Source: Chlorokybus atmophyticus (taxonomy: Eukaryota; Plantae; Mesostigma and Chlorokybus algae). From it: a DNA stretch of 64,000 nucleotides. A program made the position numbers and the translations under genes. Shown here one piece after another: positions 35,537 through 48,330 of this stretch; positions within the stretch are counted from its first letter, which is position 1; the number at the start of each line of letters is the position of its first letter. A model generated the notes under the pieces. That model searched no databases and was not told where the DNA came from. It saw only the letters and a list, made by a program, of their open reading frames with translations. The DNA is taken from contig RHPI01003728.1 of NCBI GenBank assembly GCA_009103225.1, positions 131,719 to 195,718 on the forward strand. Reading direction: 5' to 3'.

Positions 35537-35642
35537 TACCTGTTAGGTACTTATCAGTCAAGCAAAAGGGACTTGATCTAACTAACCGGTACCTGTTGGA
35601 TACCTATCAGTCAAGCAAAGGTGACTTAGCCTAATCAACAGG
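35537..35642. repeat. Two diverged ~53-bp tandem units in a GGTACC-rich transposon-like segment
   Basis: GTACCTGTT(A/G)G(G/A)TAC(T/C)TATCAGTCAAGCAAA repeated. Confidence 0.7.
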
Positions 35643-36233
35643 TATCTGACCAGTACTTATTAGTTAGGTACCGGCAACTTTATGGTAACTGTCCCTAGCT
35701 GCCAGGTACCTAGTTATGACTAACGGTACCTTAGAGTACCGTCAGTGATGAGTAGGTACCGCTTTTGTGTGACATCAACTGTGCAAGACGGCAATCATAT
35801 ATCACAATTTGATTACATCACAGTCATATACATGTCACCTACAAAGTACAAGCCCCACTACTAACATACTACGGTATACTACTACACTACTATGGTAGTA
35901 GTACTACCTACTAAACTACAGTCTGGCGCCGCTAAGTCTTGTGCTGCCGCTTGCCTGCTGCTTCCGCCCTCTTAGCATGGCCGTCCTAAGGAAAGAGGGG
36001 CGGTCAGCTAGGGCTGCGCAACACATTATTTACACATCACCACCACCACCACCACCACCACCACCACCACCACCACCACAACAACAACAGCGCACCTGCT
36101 GGCCGCCGCCGCCGCCGCCGCCTAGTCGCCGCTCTGCAACACGAAGGGTGGAAGGGCGGTCAGGCTGTGCTGCGCACTACACGACAAGCACACAAGCACA
36201 CACCCGCCGCCGTCGCCGTCGCCGCCGCAGCAG

Positions 36234-36290
36234 CACAACGCTCAACTGCGCAAGTTGACTTGCGCAGTTGAGCGTTGTGTTGCGGCTTAG
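36234..36290 (+). mobile_element. Helitron-type 3' terminus (21-bp perfect hairpin, then TTAG ending 11 nt downstream)
   Basis: CACAACGCTCAACTGCGCAAG-TTGA-CTTGCGCAGTTGAGCGTTGTG then TTGCGGCTTAG. Confidence 0.55.
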
Positions 36291-36346
36291 CGTTAAAATT
36301 CACAAGGGGGCCATTGAGTTTAAAAACTCAACGGCTTCCCTTATGA

Positions 36347-36470
36347 CACTATCGTACCATTACGATGGTACTTTTGTACCATCGTGATGGTACAAAAGTA
36401 CCAATACAATGGTACAATTGTAATGGTATTGCTGTACCACATCGATGGTACGATCGTACCATTGTCTTGA
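36347..36470. mobile_element. Orphan CACTA-type terminus with GTACCAT/ATGGTAC subterminal repeats
   Basis: Begins CACTATCGTACCAT; dense repeats in both orientations; partner end not found. Confidence 0.5.
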
Positions 36471-36925
36471 GACGAAACTTCCATCGTATCATATGTCAGT
36501 ACTTGTCCCAACTCACCGCCACCGCTCGTCCAGAAGTTGGGACTGATAAGTCACTTGCTTGCCATGATTGATACATCACCGTCGCAAAATGCTATACGAC
36601 CGGCGGTCGGTTAAATTAACTGCGTAAATATTCCGTATCATTCGTTGAAATAAGGGGAGTGAGAGGTGACTTTATTGCCATAACAGGTAGGTCACCGCCG
36701 CGGGTGCTGTACGGCCGGTGGTCGGCCGTCGACATATATTACAAGCAGGTCATGACAGGCAGGCAGCAGTCAATTATATTGTACGGTAGGCCATCGGCCG
36801 TTGATTGTTATCCATAATATACAACAGCAGTCTAGTCAGTCCCTTTATCGCCCAAGTCGTCAGGGTTAGGTACGGTCAGGTAGGGTCAGGCACTCGTTAG
36901 TCCCTCAGTTCTTAGTCAGTCACCA

Positions 36926-37213
36926 TGTAAAATTTGCAACGCAGATGGTGTTCCGAGCGAGGGCTCTCTAACCGCCGCCAATAACGTAGCCAAGGCGCTC
37001 TGCGTGAAGAACGCCGACAACATGATCAAGAGGGTCCCTGAAGAAGAACTGGCCACACGGGGCAGAAAGCAGTACGCAACCCGTGGGGTGCTGGCCATGA
37101 TGTTTAAATGCATTAAGTCCGCGCCGTTTGTGCGTTTGCTGTCCGAAAATTGCCGATCAAAGCCGATGCAAGTAGGGGCGACGAGATCGTTAACAAAGCC
37201 GCCAAAGAGCTAA
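36926..37213 (+). pseudogene. Bro-N-like DNA-binding domain remnant
   Basis: DGVP..LTAANNVAKALCVKNADNMIKRVPEEE..RGRKQYATRGVLAMMF resembles Bro-N DG.PW+VAKDVAKALGY.N...I..HV.EE; intronless. Confidence 0.4.
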
Positions 37214-40083
37214 ACCTGGCTGTTGCCGAGATTAAATAAAAGCAGTTTGGGCTACAGAGGTGCGTTTGCAGCGGTTGAATATGGCAGTGGATTGTATACG
37301 TCACTTGACGAACAATCAGTGTGCCTTCTGCTATATTTTTGTATACGTGCACGTGCCACCTTAACTCTGATCTTGATGCAAAAACCCTACCTCTCAACAG
37401 CCCCAACGACGACACCGACGACGCCGACATCGCCGTTAACCACATAACCACAAGCGCGAAGTGAAGGAGGAATAAGTATAAATCAACGTTGATGCTCGCG
37501 ATACTTACATTGAGATGCCAGCTTGCGGATTCATAGTAATGATTGCAGTGCGCGTCGCTGGGCGAGAGAGTGAGCCAGAGGCGTGCGCGAGATACAGACT
37601 CGTAGTTTACCGATAACGGTCGTGAGCGTGAATTTTCGAGCTTTCCGGCCCTCGTCGATTGCCGCGCTTGTAGCCGAGGATATCAATGCCTCAATACGGA
37701 TATCGATGCCTCAATACGGATATCGGGTTTCCCCGGCTCTGGTTGCATACCGCGTTTGCCTCCGAGATTTCGCGCCACGAGTTTGAACTTCCGGTTTCTT
37801 CTATCAGCGCGGCGCTTTTAACCAGCCCTTACTGTTATTGAGATGCCGGTTGATTACTAAGACCTTTAACACAGCAATAGCGTGCATTGTTAGTAAGGAC
37901 CATGATTAACCGCGATTTCCTTGGGTATGGAATGCGCTTAGTTGCTTGCATCGCTATGGGCGGCGTCGTTGACACGCGGTGGATGGCCGTGTTTGCTGCG
38001 ACATTAAGGTGGTGTGGTCGGTTAGCTGGCTCGTATTATAGGTTAGGGTTGTTGTAGTTCAGTCGAAGAGTCAATGGACTTGCATTTGTTTGACGGTGAT
38101 TTTAAAATCGTCGTTGCTTTGCATACTCGCGCAAGCCGTTGCCAACGTTGAGGCAGGCGGGCGCTGACGGTGCAAGTGCTTTGCATGGCGACCTGGATTA
38201 CGCTGGTAGTGTAGGTCGCCTGCTTAAGGTTGCCACCACCGGCGGTGGCGAGATAGCTACACGGTGGTGAAGCATTGCTGGCGGTGCGTGAGGCCCTGCG
38301 CTGGACTCCAATGTAGCAAGCGGCCCTTTCGTAGTTGCTATTGCTGAGACCGCGGTCCCTACTCTAGCCATCTTTGCGGCTGCTTGTTTGCAAACAGCTG
38401 AGGAGAATGGGAAGGGATGGGGGGAGAGGGGAGGGAGGCAATGGGGTGGTCTCCGTCTGCGCCTGGGCCTAGGCAGCCGTCCCACAATCGTGCAGCCCCA
38501 CCCTTTCGATCTTCGTCATCCTGTCGGCCCTGCGGCCCCTGCAGGCCTAACTCCCCTCCCCGCAGGCGCATGCTCAGGACCCTGCCCCCTGAAACTTCGC
38601 CGCCGCCTTTGCCGCTGGCCCATGGGCAAGTCGACCGTGTTGTTTTTGCTGCCTATCCATGCCTAATGGTTGATCACTGCTAGCTTTCTGCTGCTGCTGC
38701 CGCCATAGTAGCACGGCTTTGCGTGTATTAATAATAATCCGCATTGTCAGTGGTATCAGTGTTGTGTATAGAATGCTACACTCTCGTATGGAGTTGTTAA
38801 AGCTTGCATGCGTAGATTTGTAACTCACAACGTTAAAAACATGCATATGCTCATGCAGAGTGCAAAGGGATGCGGGCTGCCATGCACATCAACCTGCATG
38901 CGAGAGTTGCATGCTCTATATAGATCATACACCAATGCATGATGATGGAGTTTATTGGTTGCCCATTTCACACATAATGCTTTGCATTATACCACAATAA
39001 TACGTTGCTAGGCGGTACGCATGATGCCCACATGCGGAAAACGAGCATGATCGCCTTTGTACAGACTTTGTGAGACAAGGGAGGACTGATAGAGTATCAT
39101 TTACTGCAATGGTTGGTTGTTGGCAAGTTTCAAGATCTACATGTAGCTTAAGGGCTGCTGTTGTTTACATTTAATGACTCAAGCGGGCAACCAATACACA
39201 TGTTGGTTGTGACCGCATGCACAATAGAGAATGGTTAATGTTTTTGATGCTTTCAATTCTTCATTGCACAGCGTTGTGGGCGTGTTGCTAATGACTTCGC
39301 AGCACACGCTAGCACTCTTGATGGCCGTCACCGTCATAATATTTAAAATCTCAGGTGAAAATATGCTAACATAGCATTGCGCACTTGCGCGGGCACACAC
39401 CCGTTGTTCAATCGACAGCCGCTGCAATGAATGGCCAACATGGCCTTGAAAAACAAATCAAAACTACACCCTAAAGCTTTCCTTAATACTTTAGGGGCGA
39501 ATAGTACGCGTTTTTACGGTATCGTGTTGAATGCAATTGTAATATATTGCTACATGTGCGTGCTAGATGTATAGAGAATGCGCAACACGTACTTTTGCAT
39601 ATGCAACATGCATGCAGCATTTAAAATGCTTAAAATGCATTTCACGCGCAACATCTTTGTACAGTGTCTGAACACTTGTTAATGTCCCTTGGCTATCTGT
39701 TTGGTACCGACGCTTTGCGGCAAACGCACGTAGGTTTGCATGTAACAATTGCCTCTCGCATCTGTTGTGCACTTGCTTTAGCCTTGCACGAGAGTGCATT
39801 CCATTCTCGGTGTATGCCTGCATCAACATGAACATACAATGCGCGAGGGATATGGTCATGCATAGTGACAATCAACATCATCCCACTATCATCCCACCAA
39901 CATTTCACACTACCACATAGTTGTGCCCACATACTCCTTTATATGCCTAATTGCCCAGGACTTCCTGCGTGAAGCAGCATCTGCAACCAAACACTATGTC
40001 TACCTGGCTCACCACTGAATGTAACTATGTACTATGTACATAGGCTAACAGCTAACAAACAACCATTGGCCTCGCTATCAAAA

Positions 40084-41136
40084 CTATTCCTGTACCCGCG
40101 GCAGCCTGAACCCCATAGGCCCTCTGAGCTCGCCGGAGCCCATGCACACCATGCAGAAGGTGAAGCCAGCTCCCTTGCACACCCAACACCTGCAAAGCAA
40201 CACGACAGCAATAGACAATGACTCAGCAACGCACAAACACCAGGAGCTTGGGACACAGTGGATTAGTGACATAACAACATCTTACCAATGAGGCCATTCG
40301 CCTGCAGGCAGCATTGCCTTGTCCATGTGGTTGACCCGCCCTGCGAGGATGCACAACTCTATTCAGCAGGAATGCATGCGTAGTAACGTGTGTGGTGCCT
40401 TAGCATCCATCACAACGTGCGTGCAGTGTAACTCTGTTGCAGCCCGCCAACTTGCGGCAATGCAACAACAACTAAACACGTAGGTTGGTTAACGACAACT
40501 GTGCTTGTGTGCCACGTACGTCAACTCTGTTACCTCGTCCAAAACAATTCTTGCATGCAGTAGAGCCCGTGCCTGCACACCCTTCGCAGCAGGGCTCCGC
40601 CAGCTTCTGAAACTTGCGAACTCTCGACTGCTTGAAGGCATACACCACGTAAACACACACAGTCAGCTTGTTAATAGCACGAGAAACAAGCGAACTTGTT
40701 ACATGGTTTGCAAACTGCAGCATGTGCCAGTGCCATGAACTGCCCGTTACTGCTATGCACGAAGGAAAGTACACCATATGCTGCACGGACATTGTTCTTG
40801 CACTTCCAAGACGCCAAAGGCACAACTACGACACAAAGACATATTCGGAAAACAAGGCAGAACTGTCCCAGCTTGTAGCATGTGCAACTGTGCTAGCTGT
40901 TGCTCCCTCACAACCGAACTACGCAACCAAACGAGCACACAAGTAATAGTGCAATAAACTACGTCAATGTGCTTACGACGTCGTAGGTACATTGTGATAT
41001 GAGCGTTTGGACAACGTACCTGCGTGCGGACAATCCACTGACGGGCCTGGCCGTTAGGCCGGGGCTGCTGCCGGCTGTTGGACAGCGCCATGCTCACTGC
41101 TACGGTCGAAAAGGCGCACGCAACCCCTGCCGCCAT
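40084..41136 (-). CDS. Plastid-type DnaJ-like (DNAJE1) CxxCxGxG zinc-finger protein, multi-exon; exon(s) between 41020 and ~40630 uncertain
   Basis: Transit-like exon MAAGVACAFSTVAVSMALS..; CEGCAGTG, CKNCFGRG / GRVNHMDKAMLPAGEWPHW / CWVCKGAG, CMVCMGSGELRGPMGFRLPRVQE*. Confidence 0.82.
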
Positions 41137-41898
41137 GCCTGTCACGCCACCAACTCCAGGCCATTAGCTATGAGGCATGCCAGACCAACTTCCCCAGGCC
41201 AGACCGGACCACACCACGTCAGACCAGACCAGGCTAGACCAGATCAAACATGCGGACCCAGCCGATCAAGTCCGGCACGACCCAATAGTTCAGGCACAAC
41301 CGCACCTGTCACAAGCTCCGAGGGCGCCATCCCCTCCATCGCCGACGTGGCCGCCGCCGCCGGTACACCGGCGCCACGACCCCCGCCAAATTCTGAACCC
41401 GGCCCTATTGGGCGACTGCCCCAAATCCGGCTCGGGACAAAATGTTGGCTGCGGTCAGGACTCCTAGGCTTTCTTCACGGGCCACCGCATGCGTACGTAC
41501 GTTCACTGTGGTATGCGAAGGCCCTTATTGCTTTGAAGCGGCGCCGCAGCCGACATCAAAAGGCGATGCCCGGGTGCTTACCCAAAGCGGCAAGCCGCAG
41601 CGTGCGCTCCGACCGGACGCCGTTGCCAACTTGGAAAGGCCAGCACGGTCAGGTTCGGGGTTAACAGAGCGCAGGCTGGTTGCATTTCCCATTATATGAC
41701 TGGATATCCCGCTCTCACGAGGATTACCTTTGTGATATCGGAGCAGCTTGGGGCTGCTTGTGTGAGTAACCAAGTAAGCTAACCACGTACACATCTGTGT
41801 GCACAGCGTTGGCAAGCGGGCGAGCGGGCGAGCGGCGGCGGTGGCGGCGGAGGCGACGGTGTTCCACTGTAGCATTGTTGTGCAGAAATCAAAGGAGC

Positions 41899-44800
41899 AT
41901 GGGGCGAGTCGCCGTGCAGAGCGTGTCTGTTCTGCCTGAGATTGTTGCGCTAGGCAGCAGCTCCAGCAGCAATGGCAGGGCGACTGCGCGCAGCGCTGGC
42001 GCGACGGTGAGTGTAGAGCATGTTAGAAACCCTAGCTCACCATTGTCTTCAGCTACAGCTGCATGTTGCTGCTGTCATTCAGCTGAATTGTGCACCATGT
42101 GAACGCAATGCATGCTTCCAATGGTCATTGTATGGATGTGTTAGGCCCTTATGACGGCTATCCCGTCCTCGCTACTGTGCGTTCAGTCAGCTGGCTGTTC
42201 GTACCAGATTGCTTAGGATGCTTTTGACAATTACACATGTCTTATCTCTGTTGTTGCTAGGACTGTCGGTTATCGCGCCTTCCCAGACTCGCTCGTATTG
42301 CAGCCTAATCAGTTTCTCGACGCATGCAGCGCGATCACTGCTAGCGTGTAACGCTGGTGTAGTGGGCTTTTCATTGTTTTGCCATTGCCATGCATTACAC
42401 TAGGTTTCCGTTTTTGTTAATGTTGCATGTGCGTTGCAGGCAAGTATGTGTTTGCATGCACTTGTTTACGCTACAATGCACTGCAGGTCAGCAAGTCTGC
42501 CGCACACTTGCCTTCTCGTGTGACCACCCGCTTCCAGCATGCAGTTTCCACATCGTCGTCTTTCCTTGGGGACGTGCTGCGTCTTCCTGGTTCCAAACGC
42601 ATGGTCGTTGCAACGTGTGGAGGAAGGAGGGCTGTTGTCTGCACACTAGGTGAGTTGCACTTGAATAAACTGCGATTGTCCCGTGCATTGCAACTATTGT
42701 TTGTACCCGCAACTGAAGCTCTGCCCTGCTTAGAACGGCCATGGAAAAAGCATGACGCTCGGCTGGTACTCGAGGATGGCTCAGTATGGACGGGAGTGGC
42801 TTTCGGGGCAAAGGGTACAGTGGTAGCTGAGGTGGTATTCAACACAGCATTGACTGGGTAAGAGAATGTATTTTGCCACGGGCTCACATACGCTGCTGCA
42901 TGCTTCATCTGTGGTGTAGAGCGTCACTGAACCACGGTCACGGTTGTTGCAGGTATCAAGAAATCTTGACAGACCCAAGCTACTCCGGCCAGTTTGTCAC
43001 AATGACATGTCCGCACATTGGCAACACAGGCATCAATCCAGGTGCGCAATGCACAGCTGTTTCAGCAACGTCATTTCTCCCTCACTCTGAGCTTCAACAT
43101 GCTTCAGTTCAATTCGCCAAGTGTGCAGCTGCATCCATTGTGTGTTGAGCTCCGCAGTGTCAACATGTTGAGCAACGCTTATATGTGGGCGCAGATGACT
43201 TTGAGTCGCAACGTTGTTTCTTGGGGGGCTTGATTGTTCGGAGCTTGAGCCCAGTGTAAGTAAGCGCATGCACTCACCTTCAAGCTCATCAGGACAACCC
43301 GCAACTCTAACATGACACATTGATTGGCCCTCGTGTACAGTGTCTCAAACTACCGCTCCACCCAAACACTGAGCGACTTCCTTGAAGCACAGAACGTCCT
43401 AGGCATATGTAAGTGGCACATCTGCACGCTCTGTGTCACATGCTTGTCGGTATCTCACGATCTGGTGGCTCCATGGCAGCTGAGTTGGACACACGTGCGT
43501 TGACAAAGAAGTTGCGAGAGACTGGTGCCCTGATGGGTAGGAACAAGCCCTTTTCACCAATCTTTGTGTAGTAAAATGCAGTGTGACTTGCATGGCGTGC
43601 TGCCAAGCGTGCTTGCGAAGCGTGTGATTCACACGCTGCAACAAGGGCAACTGTCTTTGCATGAGGTCCTCACATGCCAATGCGCTGCAGGTGTCATCAG
43701 CACAGACTCGGCATTGACAGATGATCAGTTGACAGAAAAAGCCAAGAGTTGGAGTATTGTGGGTACGTGGACAATAATATCAGCGTTAAGCTCGCACAAC
43801 AAAGTTCACACGACAGTTAACCATCAGCTGGCACTGCCCAACCTGCATTGACTGACTTGCATGGTGATGGCAGGCGAGGATCTCATCACCCCCGCAAGTT
43901 CTCAAAAACCGTACGAGTGGACAGAATCAACAGACGACGAGTGGGAGTTCAGCCCACACGCCACAGACGATCGTCGACTCCATGTAAGCTTGGCCAGGGT
44001 TGCATAAAGCACTTGCCCCATAAGACTGTGAGCTGCACTCGCAGCTCAATGTCTCCAAACTGCACAGGTTGTTGCGTATGATTTTGGTATCAAGCGCAAC
44101 ATCATGAGGCGACTGGTTGCAAACGGCTGCCGCGTCACGGTTGTTCCATCCACAACCTCTCCAGAGGAGGTGCTGGCGATGAACCCGGACGGCATCATGT
44201 TCAGCAACGGGCCCGGTGATCCGTCAGCCGTGCCTTACGCGGTGGAGAACATCAAGCAGCTCCTGGGCAAGGTGCCCGTGTTTGGCATTTGCATGGGCCA
44301 CCAGCTGCTGGGTCAAGCCTTTGGCGGCAAGACCTTCAAGCTCAAGTTTGGACACCATGGCGGCAACCACCCCATTCGACACATCCCCACAGGTACTGCT
44401 CTGTAATGCATGCTTGACAACAGCCACATACACATGCTTGCCAGTTTGCTTCTCTCAACTGCTGCCAGGCGCATGACAATGTAGTTCTCCAAATGGACAT
44501 CTCATCACATCCAATGTGGCAGTGTATGCACATGCTAACTGCCCCAGTCAGCTTGCTTAAATATGCATTCACAGGGCGCATTGAGATTAGCTCTCAGAAT
44601 CACAACTATGCGGTGGACCCCGAGACACTGCCAGAGGGTGTCGATGTGACGCACGTCAACCTGAATGACGGCACCTGCGCCGGCATGGTGTACCCTGCCA
44701 TGAAGGCCATGAGCATCCAGTACCATCCTGAGGCATCACCTGGCCCTCATGACGCTGATCTGGGTATGTACAAATGATGCAAGACACAGTTGCACACAAC

Positions 44801-45168
44801 ACCCACGTACTCTATGCCATACTCACCACATACACAACCACCGGGCTACTCAGCGCTTGCGCGCTGCCCAGGCCTACATTCTACTGCTTATTCTATCGCC
44901 GACCTGTTAGTATGTTGCTAGTGTCCACATCAACAATAATGGGGCCATATCTCACAGTTTCATGTTGCTGGTGCCCCGGTGCACACTAGACGCATGCAGA
45001 TGCTGTCAGCTCTCTCTGTCGTGTGCCCCAATTCATGCATGAGACGCTGACAGTTGTGTTTGTGTGTTTCCTTCTGAAGCATTTGCCGACTTTGTCACAA
45101 TGGTGAAGGCGGAGAAGGAGGCCAAGTCAACAGCGCAGCAACCTGAGAAGACACCAGCAGCTGTTTGA
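41899..45168 (+). CDS. carA: Carbamoyl-phosphate synthase small subunit, plastid-targeted, multi-exon
   Basis: [97 protein letters not shown]. Confidence 0.97.
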
Positions 45169-46614
45169 GACGTTAAAGTTTAGCAGTGTACTAGTAGTTT
45201 GCATTGAGTTGATGTGTGCATTGAATGGGTCAGTTGCTTTACCAGTGACTGAAGTTGCAGCTTATAGTTTACACCAATGTCATGGCTGCCTGAACTTGCA
45301 TATGTTTGTCACAATCGCCCACGACATCGCGCTGTGCGACAAATGCTATCAGAGTTCGTTAATTAGACTGTCATTCGCCTGTCATCGGTTTGTTGACCAA
45401 CAAACTTGTACTCGTGTACTGGCAGACTCTTCGACACAGAATGCTTGTTAGAGTAGCTCTGAAGTGGTGCTGAACAGACAGCATGGTTGCTGACGCTAGA
45501 GGATGGCCCTGGTGTTTGATATCGTGATGAGCCTGTTGTGGTGGTTACAGTCACGCATAACAGAAAATCTTACTTGATCGCCTGCAATTTGTATGACTCG
45601 CCTACGAGGGTGTTGTTGTACATTGTTTGTGCTGAGTCATTATTGAGATTGTATCAGGTACACACCAGGCACAAGGCAGGCAGGTTAGCGGGTGCAGACA
45701 AATGACGTCAACCACACCGCTAGCTTCCTGCTCAGTACACGAGGGGCCTACACTAGGTGGCAAAAGCCTGCGCTATATGTACCAAGTGCAGATAGAGTGG
45801 GGCTGTAGTCAGCAACAGCGGTAAGCAATAGCTGCAGCCCGAAGGACAAACCTGTTGCACAAGGGTTGCATGTGCATTGCGCTTTTTGTACTTGTTTACT
45901 TTAAGAATTGCGACACCATAAATGCAACACTGAAATTTGCGTACAGCGTCAGATAATGTGACTCGTTCATGCAGTCATACCTCTGATGTAGCGATCATGC
46001 ATGGCACAATTCTTGCATTCTATTTAACAATACAAACCTATTACCATTCATACAACGTTTGCATCCATGTAATGATCAATCAATGCACGGGGGTGTGTAT
46101 GCACAAATGTGTCATACCTTTTTTTAAATATTTTACGTAACACTTATAGAGCAACATAAACACGGTGTGATTGTCATGTTTTATGAATTAAGGTGGCTTA
46201 TGCATACGGTCTGATAATAACTATCATGACATCATGTCATGATAATTGTGACAACTTGTAAGTTACATGTTTCGCGGTACAGATTACCGCCCCGGGCATG
46301 AAGTGACCAACTTTAATTGGTATATAAAAGCATTGGCCTTGTTGGGCCAAATTTACAATGCATATCCAATCCATACTCAGCTATTACCGTCATTAGTCAT
46401 CATCAATGCCAATTTATATATGAGATGAGAATTCGTGTTGTGCACTTCCTTCCGACACGTATACACGCAAAGTTAACATTAATGCACCAATCTGCTGCGT
46501 AATATTTACAGCTTGTTAATGACGCAATTATGTATATGATGTGTTTATGATAATACATACGGGATGGGGCATATAGGACATGTGGCCCACAAGGGAAGGC
46601 TCCCCTTATTTTTC

Positions 46615-46645
46615 GGCTATGGCAGCAAAAGTTGCTGCCATAGCC
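46615..46645. repeat. Perfect 14-bp hairpin flanked by T5/A5 in an AT-rich, probably transposon-derived tract
   Basis: GGCTATGGCAGCAA-AAG-TTGCTGCCATAGCC. Confidence 0.6.
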
Positions 46646-47578
46646 AAAAACAGTTCAGACGCCTACTCACAGTTTACGAGGGTAATCAAGTGTTAGTTGA
46701 ACATGGCTATTCGTTTATTGTTATGGTGCATAAGTAATCACGGCATGTCACATATGTATATTCAAGGCACTGCATGGCTAGCTGATTGTCTATTATAATC
46801 ATAATTTATTATAAACAATTACACTTAACTATATGAATTAAAATGAAGAGCAAAACGCGGGTTTGGTATAATGTATTGAATAAGGGTAAACGATGTTGGT
46901 AAATATTGGGAAAACTTGTGTGAACATTGTACACATGTATGAAAACACAATTGAATGTGATTTATTTGGTTTTTTGTGCTTATTTGACACTGCATGAGTC
47001 GAATGCAAAATGCTTGCAAAAAGATGCATGTTGCAGGGAGAGTTATTTGATCGCTATCTGGCGATTGAACTTTATATATTATTCGCTAAATGCATGCTTA
47101 TATGAGGCAATGCAAACAATTTCATGGTTCTTATGAGTACTTTGACGAAGGATATACCGCTCATAACACATCAAGGTGAATGCGGTATGCCTTGGTGTGT
47201 TATGAGATTGTGCCTTGGTGTGTTATGAATTTTACAAATGTTGAAATATATCAAAATAGTGCGAAGCTTTGTACTACTTTCATAACATACAAAAGTTGCA
47301 TGTAGAGTTCGGGGTTTGCTACGTTACAACACTTGTGTGTTTCGAGAGGTACGTTTTTTGTTCATGTACTCACGAGGACAATGGCATTGTTGGCATTACC
47401 TTGTAGAGCTTTATATTACAAATTGTAGTATAAAGCTGTATACTACTTGCCATCTACTTCGAGACTTGCTACATGCAAACATTGTGTGTTATGAGGTATA
47501 TGATGTTGCCGGGTACTCATGATCACGAGAAGCATGATATTGTTTGCATTGCCTCTTATAATCATGAGCATGTAATCA

Positions 47579-47676
47579 ATGTATAATACTTAGGCAAGCA
47601 AGCATTGTTGTCAATACTTGGGGGAGCTGTATAATACTTATGCAAGCAAGCATTCTTGTTAATACCAAGGGAAGCT
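47579..47676. repeat. Diverged ~49-bp tandem duplication
   Basis: TGTATAATACTTA(G/T)GCAAGCAAGCATT occurs twice. Confidence 0.75.
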
Positions 47677-48330
47677 AGGTATGCACAACCTTTCATAAAA
47701 TGACACAACAAGATCAAGCATACGTTCAAATGATAATTCATGTATTCTTAAGATGTATAGCATACATAAGTCCAAAGATATCAGTGCAAAGCACGGCAAC
47801 GCACGCAAACACATACACCCACACTCAAGCATGTCATACAAAGACACATCATATTAATTTTACGTATTTCATGATATCAGTTTTTTACAACACATCACAT
47901 GGGCAATGTCTGGCTTCATGCATATCACAACACCATGCAGCTTTGGAGTAAATTGATAAAATCCCCATCGCAGTCATTGCTCTGAGATGTGACACATAGC
48001 CATGGATGTGATGTAAGCTTAGTGGAGTAGCATAGGCTCTGCATCGCACGCTTAGGTATCCTATGCCGGGAGGGAGCCGTGCCGGAAAAAACTGCCGAAA
48101 ATTTCCTGCTGTCCCCTTGAGAAAGTTGGGTGCGCTGAGGCGGGAGAAACCAGGAGCGAGCGAGCGAGCGCGCGAGCGAGCGAGCGAGAAAAAGAGAGGG
48201 GGAAGCAGCTAGCGGGCGTGGGTGTGGGTGAGGGCGTGGGCGGGCGTGTCTTCTAGGGCAGCGGTGTTGTGGTGGGAGCCGGGGAGCTTTCTTCCTCTGC
48301 ACATTGCCCGCCTTGTTCGGCTGGGCCATC

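Noticed and set aside
40999-41875. Long ORFs in the DnaJ-ZnF/carA intergenic region
   Set aside because: GC-rich promoter/leader sequence with no recognisable domain or splice support
41800-41898. Arginine-attenuator-type uORF upstream of carA (as in fungal CPA1/arg-2)
   Set aside because: No upstream ATG in the apparent leader
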